A stretch of DNA of 64,000 bases, taken from NCBI GenBank assembly GCA_024692905.1, contig JAILLY010000066.1, positions 2,912 through 66,911 of the forward strand, given 5' to 3'. Of this stretch, positions 56,519 through 64,000 are shown one piece after another. The notes under the pieces are model-generated. The model was not told where the DNA came from. It ran no database searches and worked only from the letters and a program-made list of their open reading frames with translations. The position numbers and the translations under genes are program-made. The stretch comes from Lachnospiraceae bacterium (GTDB lineage Bacteria; Bacillota; Clostridia; Lachnospirales; Lachnospiraceae). Positions within the stretch are counted from its first letter, which is position 1. Each line of letters starts with the position of its first letter.

Positions 56519-57976
56519 TCAGAGCCATGCGCCCTCGTGCGAAAACATGATATCCTTCATCGCCTCTATACCGCCCTTTAAGTTGTACATCGGGCCGTTA
56601 TACCCCGCTTCCCTTAACGTATTGATCGCGAGGATGCTTCGTTTGCCCTCCCTGCAGACAAAGACCGTATCCTTATCCGGATCAAGTTCATCCTTTCTCC
56701 TTGCAAGCTGGCCTATCGGGATCACTATCGCATCCGGGAAACGCATTATCGAGCGCTCGTGCGGTTCACGTACATCGATTATGGTCATGGGATCCTTGTC
56801 CTCTATTCGCCTGGCGAGTTCCTCCGGAGTGAATCCTTCGACAGGGATCTCATCTTCCGCAGTTTTAAGATGGCAGAATTCCTCGTAATCAAAATCCTCA
56901 ACCCTGAATATCGAGGGATCTGCCCCGCATATCGGACACTTACGGTCCTTCTTCACCTTAACGATCCTGGATCCGAGATACAGGCTGTCGATCGTAAGCA
57001 GCCTGCCGTCAAGATGTTCTCCTATCCCGATGATCAGTTTAAGTGCTTCATTTGCTGCGATGCTCCCGATGATTCCGGGCAACGGACTTATCGTGCCGCC
57101 CTCCGCACATGTCGGGACAAGCCCCGGCTCAGGCGGTTCGGGAAACAGGCATCTTAAACAGGGACCTCCGTTAAGATTGAAGATGCCGACCCTGCCTTCA
57201 TACTGGTATATCGCCCCGAATACCAGGGGTATGCCCAGAAGTGCACAGGCATCGTTTATAAGATATCTGGACCTGTGATCGCCGGTGCAGTCTATCACAA
57301 GATCGTAGCCGTCGATCATGGATACTATGTTGTCGGCATTGATCCTTTCATTCTCCGATTCAAAATTTATGTTCCTGTTGGTGTTCCTGACTGTATCCCG
57401 TGCCGATGCCACCCTGGGACGCTTAACATCACGGGCACTGTGTATTACCTGACTCTGAAGGTCTTCAAGAGAAACATCATTATCATCGACCACTTTTATC
57501 GTTCCGACACCTGCTGCCGCAAGATACTGGATAACGGGCGAACCCAGCGCCCCCGCCCCCATGACAACGACTCTTGACGCTTTGATCCTCTTCTGGCCCT
57601 TGACTCCTATCTCTCTTAGCAGAAGATGTTTGCCGAAACGTTCAACCTCCTGATCGTCAAGACCGACTTCCTTCCTCCGTTCATCCGGTATGAGATTATC
57701 CGAAGGCGCACCTCCTGCGATCGACGGTAGCAGGAGTACCTCATCATCGGGTTTTAGTTTTCTGTACCACTGATCGGGTTCACTCCTGTCCTCATCCCCG
57801 ACATATAACCTTATAAAGCTGTTAAGTCCTCCGTCTGCATTGAATATCACCTTTTTTGAATCCGGATATTCATCGGTCAGGAAATTGAGGATACTTTTAA
57901 TATCATCCCCCGAAACTTCCACGAAACTGTTCCTTCCGAAAAATCCCCTTAAAGTAGCCGATATATAAACCTTCAT
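56519..57976 (-). CDS. Triple fusion: MoaD/ThiS-like Ubl domain (ends ...LLLPSIAGG) plus ThiF/MoeB E1 adenylyltransferase plus C-terminal rhodanese
   Basis: Residues 1-92 show a beta-grasp pattern with a diglycine at the junction. E1 core GAGALGSPVIQYLAAAGVG with CLRC/CPIC. Rhodanese active loop VCREGKRS. Confidence 0.85.
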   Translation of the reverse strand: MKVYISATLRGFFGRNSFVEVSGDDIKSILNFLTDEYPDSKKVIFNADGGLNSFIRLYVGDEDRSEPDQWYRKLKPDDEVLLLPSIAGGAPSDNLIPDERRKEVGLDDQEVERFGKHLLLREIGVKGQKRIKASRVVVMGAGALGSPVIQYLAAAGVGTIKVVDDNDVSLEDLQSQVIHSARDVKRPRVASARDTVRNTNRNINFESENERINADNIVSMIDGYDLVIDCTGDHRSRYLINDACALLGIPLVFGAIYQYEGRVGIFNLNGGPCLRCLFPEPPEPGLVPTCAEGGTISPLPGIIGSIAANEALKLIIGIGEHLDGRLLTIDSLYLGSRIVKVKKDRKCPICGADPSIFRVEDFDYEEFCHLKTAEDEIPVEGFTPEELARRIEDKDPMTIIDVREPHERSIMRFPDAIVIPIGQLARRKDELDPDKDTVFVCREGKRSILAINTLREAGYNGPMYNLKGGIEAMKDIMFSHEGAWL

Positions 57977-58432
57977 TTACTTCTGTCCTCCAATTATGAT
58001 CACCGGCCGCACCGCCTTTGTACAGGTATCCTGTCCGGACTTATCCGGGAGCATTCTTATATAACCGGCCGTCTCCGTACAGCCCTTCTCATCCACCGAT
58101 ACGATCACATATATCAAACCGGGTACAGCATGCTTAATATCTTCATCCGAGCATATTGCGGGCTTGTCCGGATGTGAATGATAAAAGCCAAGCAGATCCA
58201 TCCCGGCTGTTTCCGCCTCGTTCTCTATCTGCCGGAGCTGACCGGCATCTATGCGGTAGCCCTCAGCCGCACTTATTCCGGAAAGTGTATTCCGAGCGGG
58301 CCTTACCATATTAATCCGCCGTGTGTCCTTATACCCAAGCAGTGCTCCGCATCCCTCGCAGGGATATGCACGGCTTAAATGCTCTCTCATGAGTTCATAT
58401 TCATCATTGTCAAACCAAACAACATCTTCCAT
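57977..58432 (-). CDS. JAMM/MPN+ metalloprotease (Mov34 family), copy 1
   Basis: PCEGCG glutamate motif and HSHPDKPAICSDED (HxHx7Sx2D). Confidence 0.85.
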   Translation of the reverse strand: MEDVVWFDNDEYELMREHLSRAYPCEGCGALLGYKDTRRINMVRPARNTLSGISAAEGYRIDAGQLRQIENEAETAGMDLLGFYHSHPDKPAICSDEDIKHAVPGLIYVIVSVDEKGCTETAGYIRMLPDKSGQDTCTKAVRPVIIIGGQK

Positions 58433-58451
58433 ATGATACCGTCAATGGCCT

Positions 58452-59684
58452 CTACCGGGAGACCGACTTTACAGCCTGCACAAAATCTTCCACCAGATCC
58501 TCTGCATCCTCTATGCCCACACTGACCCTTACGGTATCTTCATATACACCTGCTGCATTCATCTCTTCCACGGCTGTCTTATTGTACAGTGTCGATGCGG
58601 GATGTATGACCAGCGTACGAAGATCGCCGATGTTACTTGCTATCATCGCATATTTCAGCGAATCGATGATCTTAAATGCCCTTTCCTTAGACCCGGCCCG
58701 GAAGCTTAATATACCGCCCCCAAGGCCTCTGAGTTCCTCTTTGGCGATCTTATTGTACGGATGATCCGGGAGAGTCAGATAATTGACCTTAATCCCTTCA
58801 ATCTCATAAAGTGCACGGGCAAGTTTATCGGCGTTATCACAGATCCTTTCCATCCTAAGTCCGAGCGTATCGGTTCCTATATAGTTAAGGAATGCGTTCA
58901 TCGGGGCCATGCAGCCGCCGATATTCTCCCATATATCGTTACGAAGCCTTACGGAAAAGGCCATCGGTCCGTATTTCTTATAATCCGAAAGTGCAGTATG
59001 CTTATCCGCATCCCACTTAAACTTACCGCCGTCGACTATGATGCCGCCGATCGAATTACCTCCCCCGTTTAAATATTTGGAAGTCGAATGAATGACTGCA
59101 TCCGCCCCCATCGACAGAGACCTGGCCAGATATGGGGTTGCCGTCGTTGCGTCCACAAAAAGCGGGATCCCGGCTTCATGGGCCGCCGCAGCCGTCCCGG
59201 CCACATCCATGACTTTCAGTGAGGGATTGGCGATCAGCTCACCGAATACCACCTTAGTCCTTTCGTTTATGAACGGCCTTATCGAGTCGCCGTTCATCTC
59301 AGCGGTATAAACGGTATGGATACCAAGCTTTTCAAGATCATGTAACAGTTCTATTGTCCCACCGTACAGACCGCTGCAGGTTATTATCTCATCACCGCTT
59401 CCACATACCGCAAGCAATGCAGACGCGATGGCAGACATCCCGCTGCTGCAGCAGACAGCACCCACGCCTCCTTCAAGTTCGCTTATCCTCTGCTCGAAGG
59501 CGGCTATCGTAGGATTTCCGATGCGCGTATATGCATACCCCATGCTCTTATGTGCAAAAACCTTCTCAAGTTCCTCCATACTCTCGTACCTGAAAGCACT
59601 GACCTGAGAGATGGGCGGGAGCATCTCACGCGATGCATATCCCCGGGATGTTTTTCCGTGTAAAAGCTTCGTATTAAACTGCAT
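58452..59684 (-). CDS. O-acetylhomoserine/O-acetylserine sulfhydrylase-like PLP enzyme (second MetY/CGS-family paralogue)
   Basis: 410 aa, Cys/Met-metabolism PLP family (HSTSKYLNGGGNS contains the PLP lysine). Confidence 0.85.
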   Translation of the reverse strand: MQFNTKLLHGKTSRGYASREMLPPISQVSAFRYESMEELEKVFAHKSMGYAYTRIGNPTIAAFEQRISELEGGVGAVCCSSGMSAIASALLAVCGSGDEIITCSGLYGGTIELLHDLEKLGIHTVYTAEMNGDSIRPFINERTKVVFGELIANPSLKVMDVAGTAAAAHEAGIPLFVDATTATPYLARSLSMGADAVIHSTSKYLNGGGNSIGGIIVDGGKFKWDADKHTALSDYKKYGPMAFSVRLRNDIWENIGGCMAPMNAFLNYIGTDTLGLRMERICDNADKLARALYEIEGIKVNYLTLPDHPYNKIAKEELRGLGGGILSFRAGSKERAFKIIDSLKYAMIASNIGDLRTLVIHPASTLYNKTAVEEMNAAGVYEDTVRVSVGIEDAEDLVEDFVQAVKSVSR

Positions 59685-59695
59685 TTTTGATCCCT

Positions 59696-60076
59696 TTACC
59701 CGTTTGATCTCTTCTTTTCATAATCATTAAGCGCCGACTGTATGGCTTCCTCCGCAAGGACCGAGCAGTGCATCTTATAATCCGGAAGTCCGTCCAGCGC
59801 CTCCGCCACTGCCTTGTTCGTAAGCTTCATCGCTTCACTCACGGGCTGCCCCTTTATAAGTTCGGTCGCCATAGAACTTGATGCTATGGCACTTCCGCAT
59901 CCGAAGGTCTCAAACTTCACATCCTTTATGATGTCGTCCTCGATCTTTAAATACATCTTCATAATGTCGCCGCATCTTGCATTCCCGACTTCTCCGATGC
60001 CGTCCGCATCTTCTATGACTCCGACATTTCTAGGATTGCGAAAATGATCCATTACTTTTTCACTGTATAAAGCCAT
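59696..60076 (-). CDS. iscU: Fe-S cluster assembly scaffold IscU/NifU-N
   Basis: 126 aa with the three conserved Cys in GNARCGD, FGCGSAIASS and MHCSVLA. Confidence 0.93.
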   Translation of the reverse strand: MALYSEKVMDHFRNPRNVGVIEDADGIGEVGNARCGDIMKMYLKIEDDIIKDVKFETFGCGSAIASSSMATELIKGQPVSEAMKLTNKAVAEALDGLPDYKMHCSVLAEEAIQSALNDYEKKRSNG

Positions 60077-60097
60077 GATCCTTCCTCCAAATTCTTC

Positions 60098-61282
60098 CTA
60101 TAAAATATGCTGTTTCTTTCCCGACTCAAGATCACGCCAGATAGGCGAGAAGCTCCTTAAATACTCAACCACTTCTCTTACCGACGAAATGATAAAGTCA
60201 ACATCCTTATCACTTATATCCTCTCCTATACTGAGTCTTAAAGACCCGTGCGCCACATCATGTACCCTGCCTATCGCAAGGAGCACATGGGAAGGATCAA
60301 GCGATCCGGATGTACATGCGCTTCCGGATGATGCCTGTATCCCTTTATCATCAAGCAGGAGCAGGAGTGACTCTCCCTCTATACCCTCAAAACAAAAATT
60401 CACGTTCGAAGGCAGTCTCTTCTTTTCGTCGCCGTTTAGCGCAGAGTGCGGTATCTCCCTTAATCCCTTTATCAGGCGGTCACGCTTTTTTATGAGTTCC
60501 CCCGATGTTTTATCCATTCCCGCAGCAGCTTCCTTAAGGGCCTTTGCCATGGCTGCGATCGCCGGAACGTTCTCCGTACCCGCACGAAGCCCCCTCTCCT
60601 GGGCGCCGCCTTCTATCAGATTTGTAAGTCTTATGCCCTTTTTCGCATAAAGGAAACCGACACCTTTGGGGCCGTGGAACTTATGGCCCGATGCCGAAAG
60701 AAGATCGATGTTGTCATCCACGACATTTACCGGGATATGTCCCACAGCCTGTACGGCATCAGTATGGAAGAGGACCTTCTTTTCCCTGCAGATCACTCCT
60801 ATCTCCCTTATGGGCTGGATCGTTCCGATCTCATTATTTGCATACATTATCGTAACAAGGCAGGTATCGTCCCTTATCGCCTCTCCGACCTCGGAAGGGA
60901 TAAGGAGTCCGTTCTCATGCACATCAACAAGTGTTATCTCAAAGCCTTCCTTCTTAAGCTTATTAAGGGTGTGAAGTACCGCATGGTGCTCAAATGCAGA
61001 AGATACTATATGAAGCTTTCCGTTCTTTTTTCCAAGAGCGGCTGCCGAAAGGATCGCCTGGTTATCTGCCTCGCTCCCGCCGGAGGTGAATAATATCTCC
61101 CGTCTGCCGGCTCCTATCACACCTGCTATATCCTCTCTTGCTTCCTCGAGGATCTCCCTGGCTCTCTGTCCGAAGCCGTATAAGCTCGACGGATTACCAT
61201 AGTTTTCCTTCATTACCGATATCATTGTCTTCATTGCCGTCTCACTCATTCTGGTGGTCGCGGCATTATCTGCATATATCAC
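60098..61282 (-). CDS. iscS: Cysteine desulfurase NifS/IscS (class I)
   Basis: 394 aa with SGHKFHGPKG (PLP lysine) and SSGSACTSG active-site loop. GTG start 5 nt after GGAGGTG. Confidence 0.93.
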   Translation of the reverse strand: MIYADNAATTRMSETAMKTMISVMKENYGNPSSLYGFGQRAREILEEAREDIAGVIGAGRREILFTSGGSEADNQAILSAAALGKKNGKLHIVSSAFEHHAVLHTLNKLKKEGFEITLVDVHENGLLIPSEVGEAIRDDTCLVTIMYANNEIGTIQPIREIGVICREKKVLFHTDAVQAVGHIPVNVVDDNIDLLSASGHKFHGPKGVGFLYAKKGIRLTNLIEGGAQERGLRAGTENVPAIAAMAKALKEAAAGMDKTSGELIKKRDRLIKGLREIPHSALNGDEKKRLPSNVNFCFEGIEGESLLLLLDDKGIQASSGSACTSGSLDPSHVLLAIGRVHDVAHGSLRLSIGEDISDKDVDFIISSVREVVEYLRSFSPIWRDLESGKKQHIL

Positions 61283-61309
61283 GTTATCACCTCCAGGTTA
61301 ATTGACTGT

Positions 61310-61351
61310 ATTATAACGACTACTTACCTACCATGTCAATAGGTTTTTTAA
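61310..61351 (-). promoter_or_regulatory. Promoter of the sulfur operon with conserved operator-like box (copy 3 of 3)
   Basis: Minus strand TTAAAAAACCTATTGACATGGTAGG (61351-61327). TTGACA (61339-61334), 18 nt spacer, TATAAT (61315-61310). Confidence 0.65.
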
Positions 61352-61359
61352 AAAGGGAC

Positions 61360-61389
61360 TTGATTTACCCATTAACCCTGCGGTATAAT
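61360..61389 (+). promoter_or_regulatory. Candidate promoter of the Rrf2 regulator gene
   Basis: TTGATT (61360-61365), 18 nt spacer, TATAAT (61384-61389). It directly abuts the conserved box. Confidence 0.5.
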
Positions 61390-61414
61390 AGGCAAAAATC
61401 AAAGGAGAAGAAAA

Positions 61415-61810
61415 ATGATCTCTACACGCGGAAGATACGCGATACGCGTTATGATAGACCTTGCCCAGAATCAGGACGAGCACTATATACCCCTTAAGGA
61501 CATAGCGGCAAGGCAGGAAATATCCAAAAAATATCTCGAGATAATAGTTAAGGATATGGTGGCCGGAGGACTCTTAAAGGGTGCCAGCGGCAAGGGCGGC
61601 GGATACAAGCTGTGCCGTGCGCCGGAAGAATATAATATAGGTGAGATAATCGAACTGATGGAGGGCACTCTTTCATCGGTTGCATGTCTTGCCGACAAGA
61701 CCAACGTCTGCCCGAGGAGAAAGTCCTGCCAGACACTTCCCATGTGGGAGGAATATGATAAGATGGTGCACGATTTCTTCTACGGGAAAAAGTTAAGTGA
61801 CCTTATCTAA
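61415..61810 (+). CDS. Rrf2-family transcriptional regulator (IscR/CymR-like) with three-Cys putative Fe-S ligands
   Basis: MISTRGRYAIRVMIDLA... is a winged-helix Rrf2 N-terminus. Cys triad in CLADKTNVCPRRKSC. Divergent from iscS. Confidence 0.88.
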   Translation: MISTRGRYAIRVMIDLAQNQDEHYIPLKDIAARQEISKKYLEIIVKDMVAGGLLKGASGKGGGYKLCRAPEEYNIGEIIELMEGTLSSVACLADKTNVCPRRKSCQTLPMWEEYDKMVHDFFYGKKLSDLI

Positions 61811-62997
61811 GACAGTTTTTCGATAAGCTTATCCAGATAACGGTTAAGCTTATCGGAGCCGGCTTCGAATATCTTCGAATACTTCTCCTTCTCCTCTTCT
61901 ATCTGTTCGGCCAGATATTCCCTTACCGTTGCATTTATTGATGAAGAAAGTTCACCGACTATTTCCTTGAAAATACTGCGGTCCTTTTCATCCATCGTTT
62001 CAAGTGTGTTTATCATCCTTCTGCTCATCCCGACGGGATCCGCAACGAATTCGTTAAGGTCGGAAGCCCCCGAGCCGCTCACTATCTCATACAGAAGTTC
62101 AACAAACTCCTGTCTTTTTTCGTAATCCATATTTCCGACCCAGCGGTTTACGGATTCATTGCCCACATAGGTATGCCTGTGTATGCTGTCCGCCTTCTTG
62201 AACTCCGTGCCGTCAACTATCCAGTTGAACGGATCGTGCTGGAGCAGGCCAAAGTGCCTGCATCTTATCACTTCGTATCTTTCCTGGGTCTGAAGGGCCA
62301 TACCGACTATGGAGGATCTTGGTACCGACTTCCTTATCCTGTCCTTTATCATCGTGAATTCATCACTGTCAAGGACTCCTTCCGCAAATCCGGGACCGTC
62401 ATGCGAATAGATGAGCCGTATCCTTTCCCTTACATCACTCTTGCACTTCATGGCGGCATATACCGCAAGGTTCCCGCCCTTGGAATGACCTCCCAGAGTC
62501 ATTTCGGACCTTGTCTTTGACGATACCATATTTAGGTACTGTACTGCCTTGGTCTGAGCCGGGACCGGGGTGATGAAGGCCATATTAAAATCCTCTTTCC
62601 AGCCCGTTAACGTTTCATCCGTGCCCCTGTAAGCCACATATACGAACCCGTTCTCAAAAATGCAGGTTACCGCCGAAAACTGGATCTCCCATTGGGCATC
62701 AACGATATTTACATACTCAAACAGCCTGACATTTGAAAACCTTCTGCCGGATACCATCGCCTCCATAAGGCCCCTGTTAACCTTCTCAAATCTTGTATCG
62801 GTAAAAAGAGAATCATATTCGGGACTGTCCTTTATCTCTCTTACCGTCATGGAGTGATCCGGAGTCTTTAAAAGCTTATCAAACTTAAGATATGCAAACT
62901 GAGACAGCACGAGTGAATCCACTTCATTAAACGGCAGCTCGTCAAGCGTCCTGTCCCCGTATTCCGTTACATAATCCGTAATATTTCCCATTCCCAT
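61807..62997 (-). CDS. DUF2974 / Mbeg1-like alpha/beta-hydrolase (lipase-like) protein
   Basis: 396 aa with GGHSKGG nucleophile elbow and VAYRGTDETLTGWKEDF motif. Confidence 0.7.
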   Translation of the reverse strand: MGMGNITDYVTEYGDRTLDELPFNEVDSLVLSQFAYLKFDKLLKTPDHSMTVREIKDSPEYDSLFTDTRFEKVNRGLMEAMVSGRRFSNVRLFEYVNIVDAQWEIQFSAVTCIFENGFVYVAYRGTDETLTGWKEDFNMAFITPVPAQTKAVQYLNMVSSKTRSEMTLGGHSKGGNLAVYAAMKCKSDVRERIRLIYSHDGPGFAEGVLDSDEFTMIKDRIRKSVPRSSIVGMALQTQERYEVIRCRHFGLLQHDPFNWIVDGTEFKKADSIHRHTYVGNESVNRWVGNMDYEKRQEFVELLYEIVSGSGASDLNEFVADPVGMSRRMINTLETMDEKDRSIFKEIVGELSSSINATVREYLAEQIEEEKEKYSKIFEAGSDKLNRYLDKLIEKLS

Positions 62998-63020
62998 ATT
63001 TCGTCATCTCCATAAACGGA

Positions 63021-64000
63021 TCACAGCAGCGCACACTCAACCTCAAGGTTACCGGGATCAAAGTGATATGGCTCCCTGCCGTCTATATTTGTCATGATCA
63101 CCTCGTTAAGTTCGCTCGTGAACGATATCCCGCGTATTTTGTCAAGCACGGGATACTTGGGATTGCCCGTATCCGTCCCCGTAACGAGAACGGTACGTTC
63201 CGGGACTTCCTTAAACAGAGCGTTAAGGAATTCCCTGTAATACCCCTCATCATCATTTTCCGCAAGAAGAAATGCGATAAAAACACAGTCAGCCGCCTCA
63301 TCATCCCCGGGAAGGGTTATATACCCGAGCCGGGAGATAAGAAAATTCAAGCGCCTAAGAAGCGAATATATCCCCGAACATTTCTTAAGCACATACTGCT
63401 TGACATTCTGTCTGTTCCAAAGCGCCCCGACTGTGACTGTCTTTCCTTCTTTGGCAAGAAGAAAAAAGTCATCCGCCTTTATATCCCCTATATCGGACAG
63501 TTTGTCAAAAGCCGGGAACATATCGCGCTTCCTGCCATGATCGTTAAGAAAGCTTACGATATCTTCTTCATCTTCCGGCACGCCACGTCTGAATACCAAA
63601 CGGTCTCTGTCCCGGGTTCTTTTTCCGGCTCCCGCCTTCGGACTGAAGATAAAAGTCCTGTATCCTGTGATCCTTACAGCATACGGCATATACTTCCTCT
63701 TCTTATGAAGCATTGACATGACGTCATCATTGCCGGTAAGGAGCGAACAGAAGTATGCATCCGCGCCGGCCCGTTCGCACATCCGGGAAAACATCTCATG
63801 CCAGTTCAAATAACCTTCCGATCCCGGGATGCGTTTCATGTTGGTCACATAGCATACGCGCTTTTTTGAACCGCATATATACATATTTCTTACTATAGCC
63901 GCGATGGTCGCGATAACAATGCCGTCCTTTTTTATGACCCCGACGCATGATTCTTTACTCTCTTCAAGAAAAGATGCATAAGGATCGCTGCGTCTCGTAT
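63021..64000 (-). CDS. Hypothetical protein (reading frame stays open to the right window edge; 5' end probably outside the window)
   Basis: The ORF track starts at M 63884, but the same frame has no stop from 63885 to 64000. I recognised no family. Confidence 0.45.
   Translation of the reverse strand, partial: TRRSDPYASFLEESKESCVGVIKKDGIVIATIAAIVRNMYICGSKKRVCYVTNMKRIPGSEGYLNWHEMFSRMCERAGADAYFCSLLTGNDDVMSMLHKKRKYMPYAVRITGYRTFIFSPKAGAGKRTRDRDRLVFRRGVPEDEEDIVSFLNDHGRKRDMFPAFDKLSDIGDIKADDFFLLAKEGKTVTVGALWNRQNVKQYVLKKCSGIYSLLRRLNFLISRLGYITLPGDDEAADCVFIAFLLAENDDEGYYREFLNALFKEVPERTVLVTGTDTGNPKYPVLDKIRGISFTSELNEVIMTNIDGREPYHFDPGNLEVECALL

Noticed and set aside
1-64000. Many long plus-strand ORFs in the track that lie antisense to clear minus-strand genes (for example 2391-3119, 7014-7655, 12619-13335, 24128-24742, 38257-38901, 41056-41703, 43922-44560, 52988-53800, 63063-63716)
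   Set aside because: Each lies entirely inside a recognisable conserved gene on the opposite strand. Their translations are low-complexity or family-less and they lack RBS context. They are typical shadow ORFs.
1-64000. Mobile elements, prophage or genomic-island boundaries around the sulfur cluster
   Set aside because: I found no integrase, transposase or recombinase ORFs, no flanking direct or inverted repeats, and no tRNA-adjacent junction. The only tRNA is at 5.9 kb, far from the cluster.

Overview
This 64 kb window looks like chromosome from a Clostridia/Lachnospiraceae-like Firmicute. About 60 genes are tightly packed, almost all on the minus strand, and I saw no transposase, integrase, phage or CRISPR signal. 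The left third (1-19.3 kb) is housekeeping in the conserved Bacillus-type order: sigH, rlmB, mrnC, cysS, cysE, ispF, a lone tRNA-Met(CAT), rny, recX, recA (with LexA boxes), cinA-like, pgsA, rimO, rpoZ, gmk, yicC and the ribDE(BA)H operon. The middle (19-43 kb) holds a degenerate-GGDEF/EAL protein, an M13 peptidase, paaK plus an ACT protein, uraA-upp, two repeat-rich secreted proteins, potABCD and cbiL-cbiC-cobQ. The right part (43.4-61.8 kb) is a contiguous minus-strand sulfur island of about 18 kb and is the most interesting region. (i) A 12-gene operon runs nifS/iscS, iscU, a MetY-like sulfhydrylase, JAMM, a MoaD-like/E1/rhodanese fusion, a family 2A encapsulin shell, a SufS-type cysteine desulfurase with a long disordered N-terminal cargo-loading domain, a long serine acetyltransferase, a ThiS-like protein ending GG-GRL, a ThiF/MoeB E1, a second JAMM and a TusA-like protein. 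(ii) An operon follows that encodes a fused amino-acid-SBP/MetQ lipoprotein plus two complete ABC importers. (iii) metY comes last. All three units start from promoters sharing a roughly 24-nt conserved box (TTAAAAACCTATTGACAYRGTAGG) next to a divergent Cys-containing Rrf2 regulator. Units (ii) and (iii) are each preceded by a short ORF rich in Cys and Met codons (MCCCRM / CCMMCMCRM) overlapping terminator/antiterminator alternatives, which suggests ribosome-mediated Cys/Met attenuation. All calls rest on reading the sequence and recalling family motifs. No database search was run.
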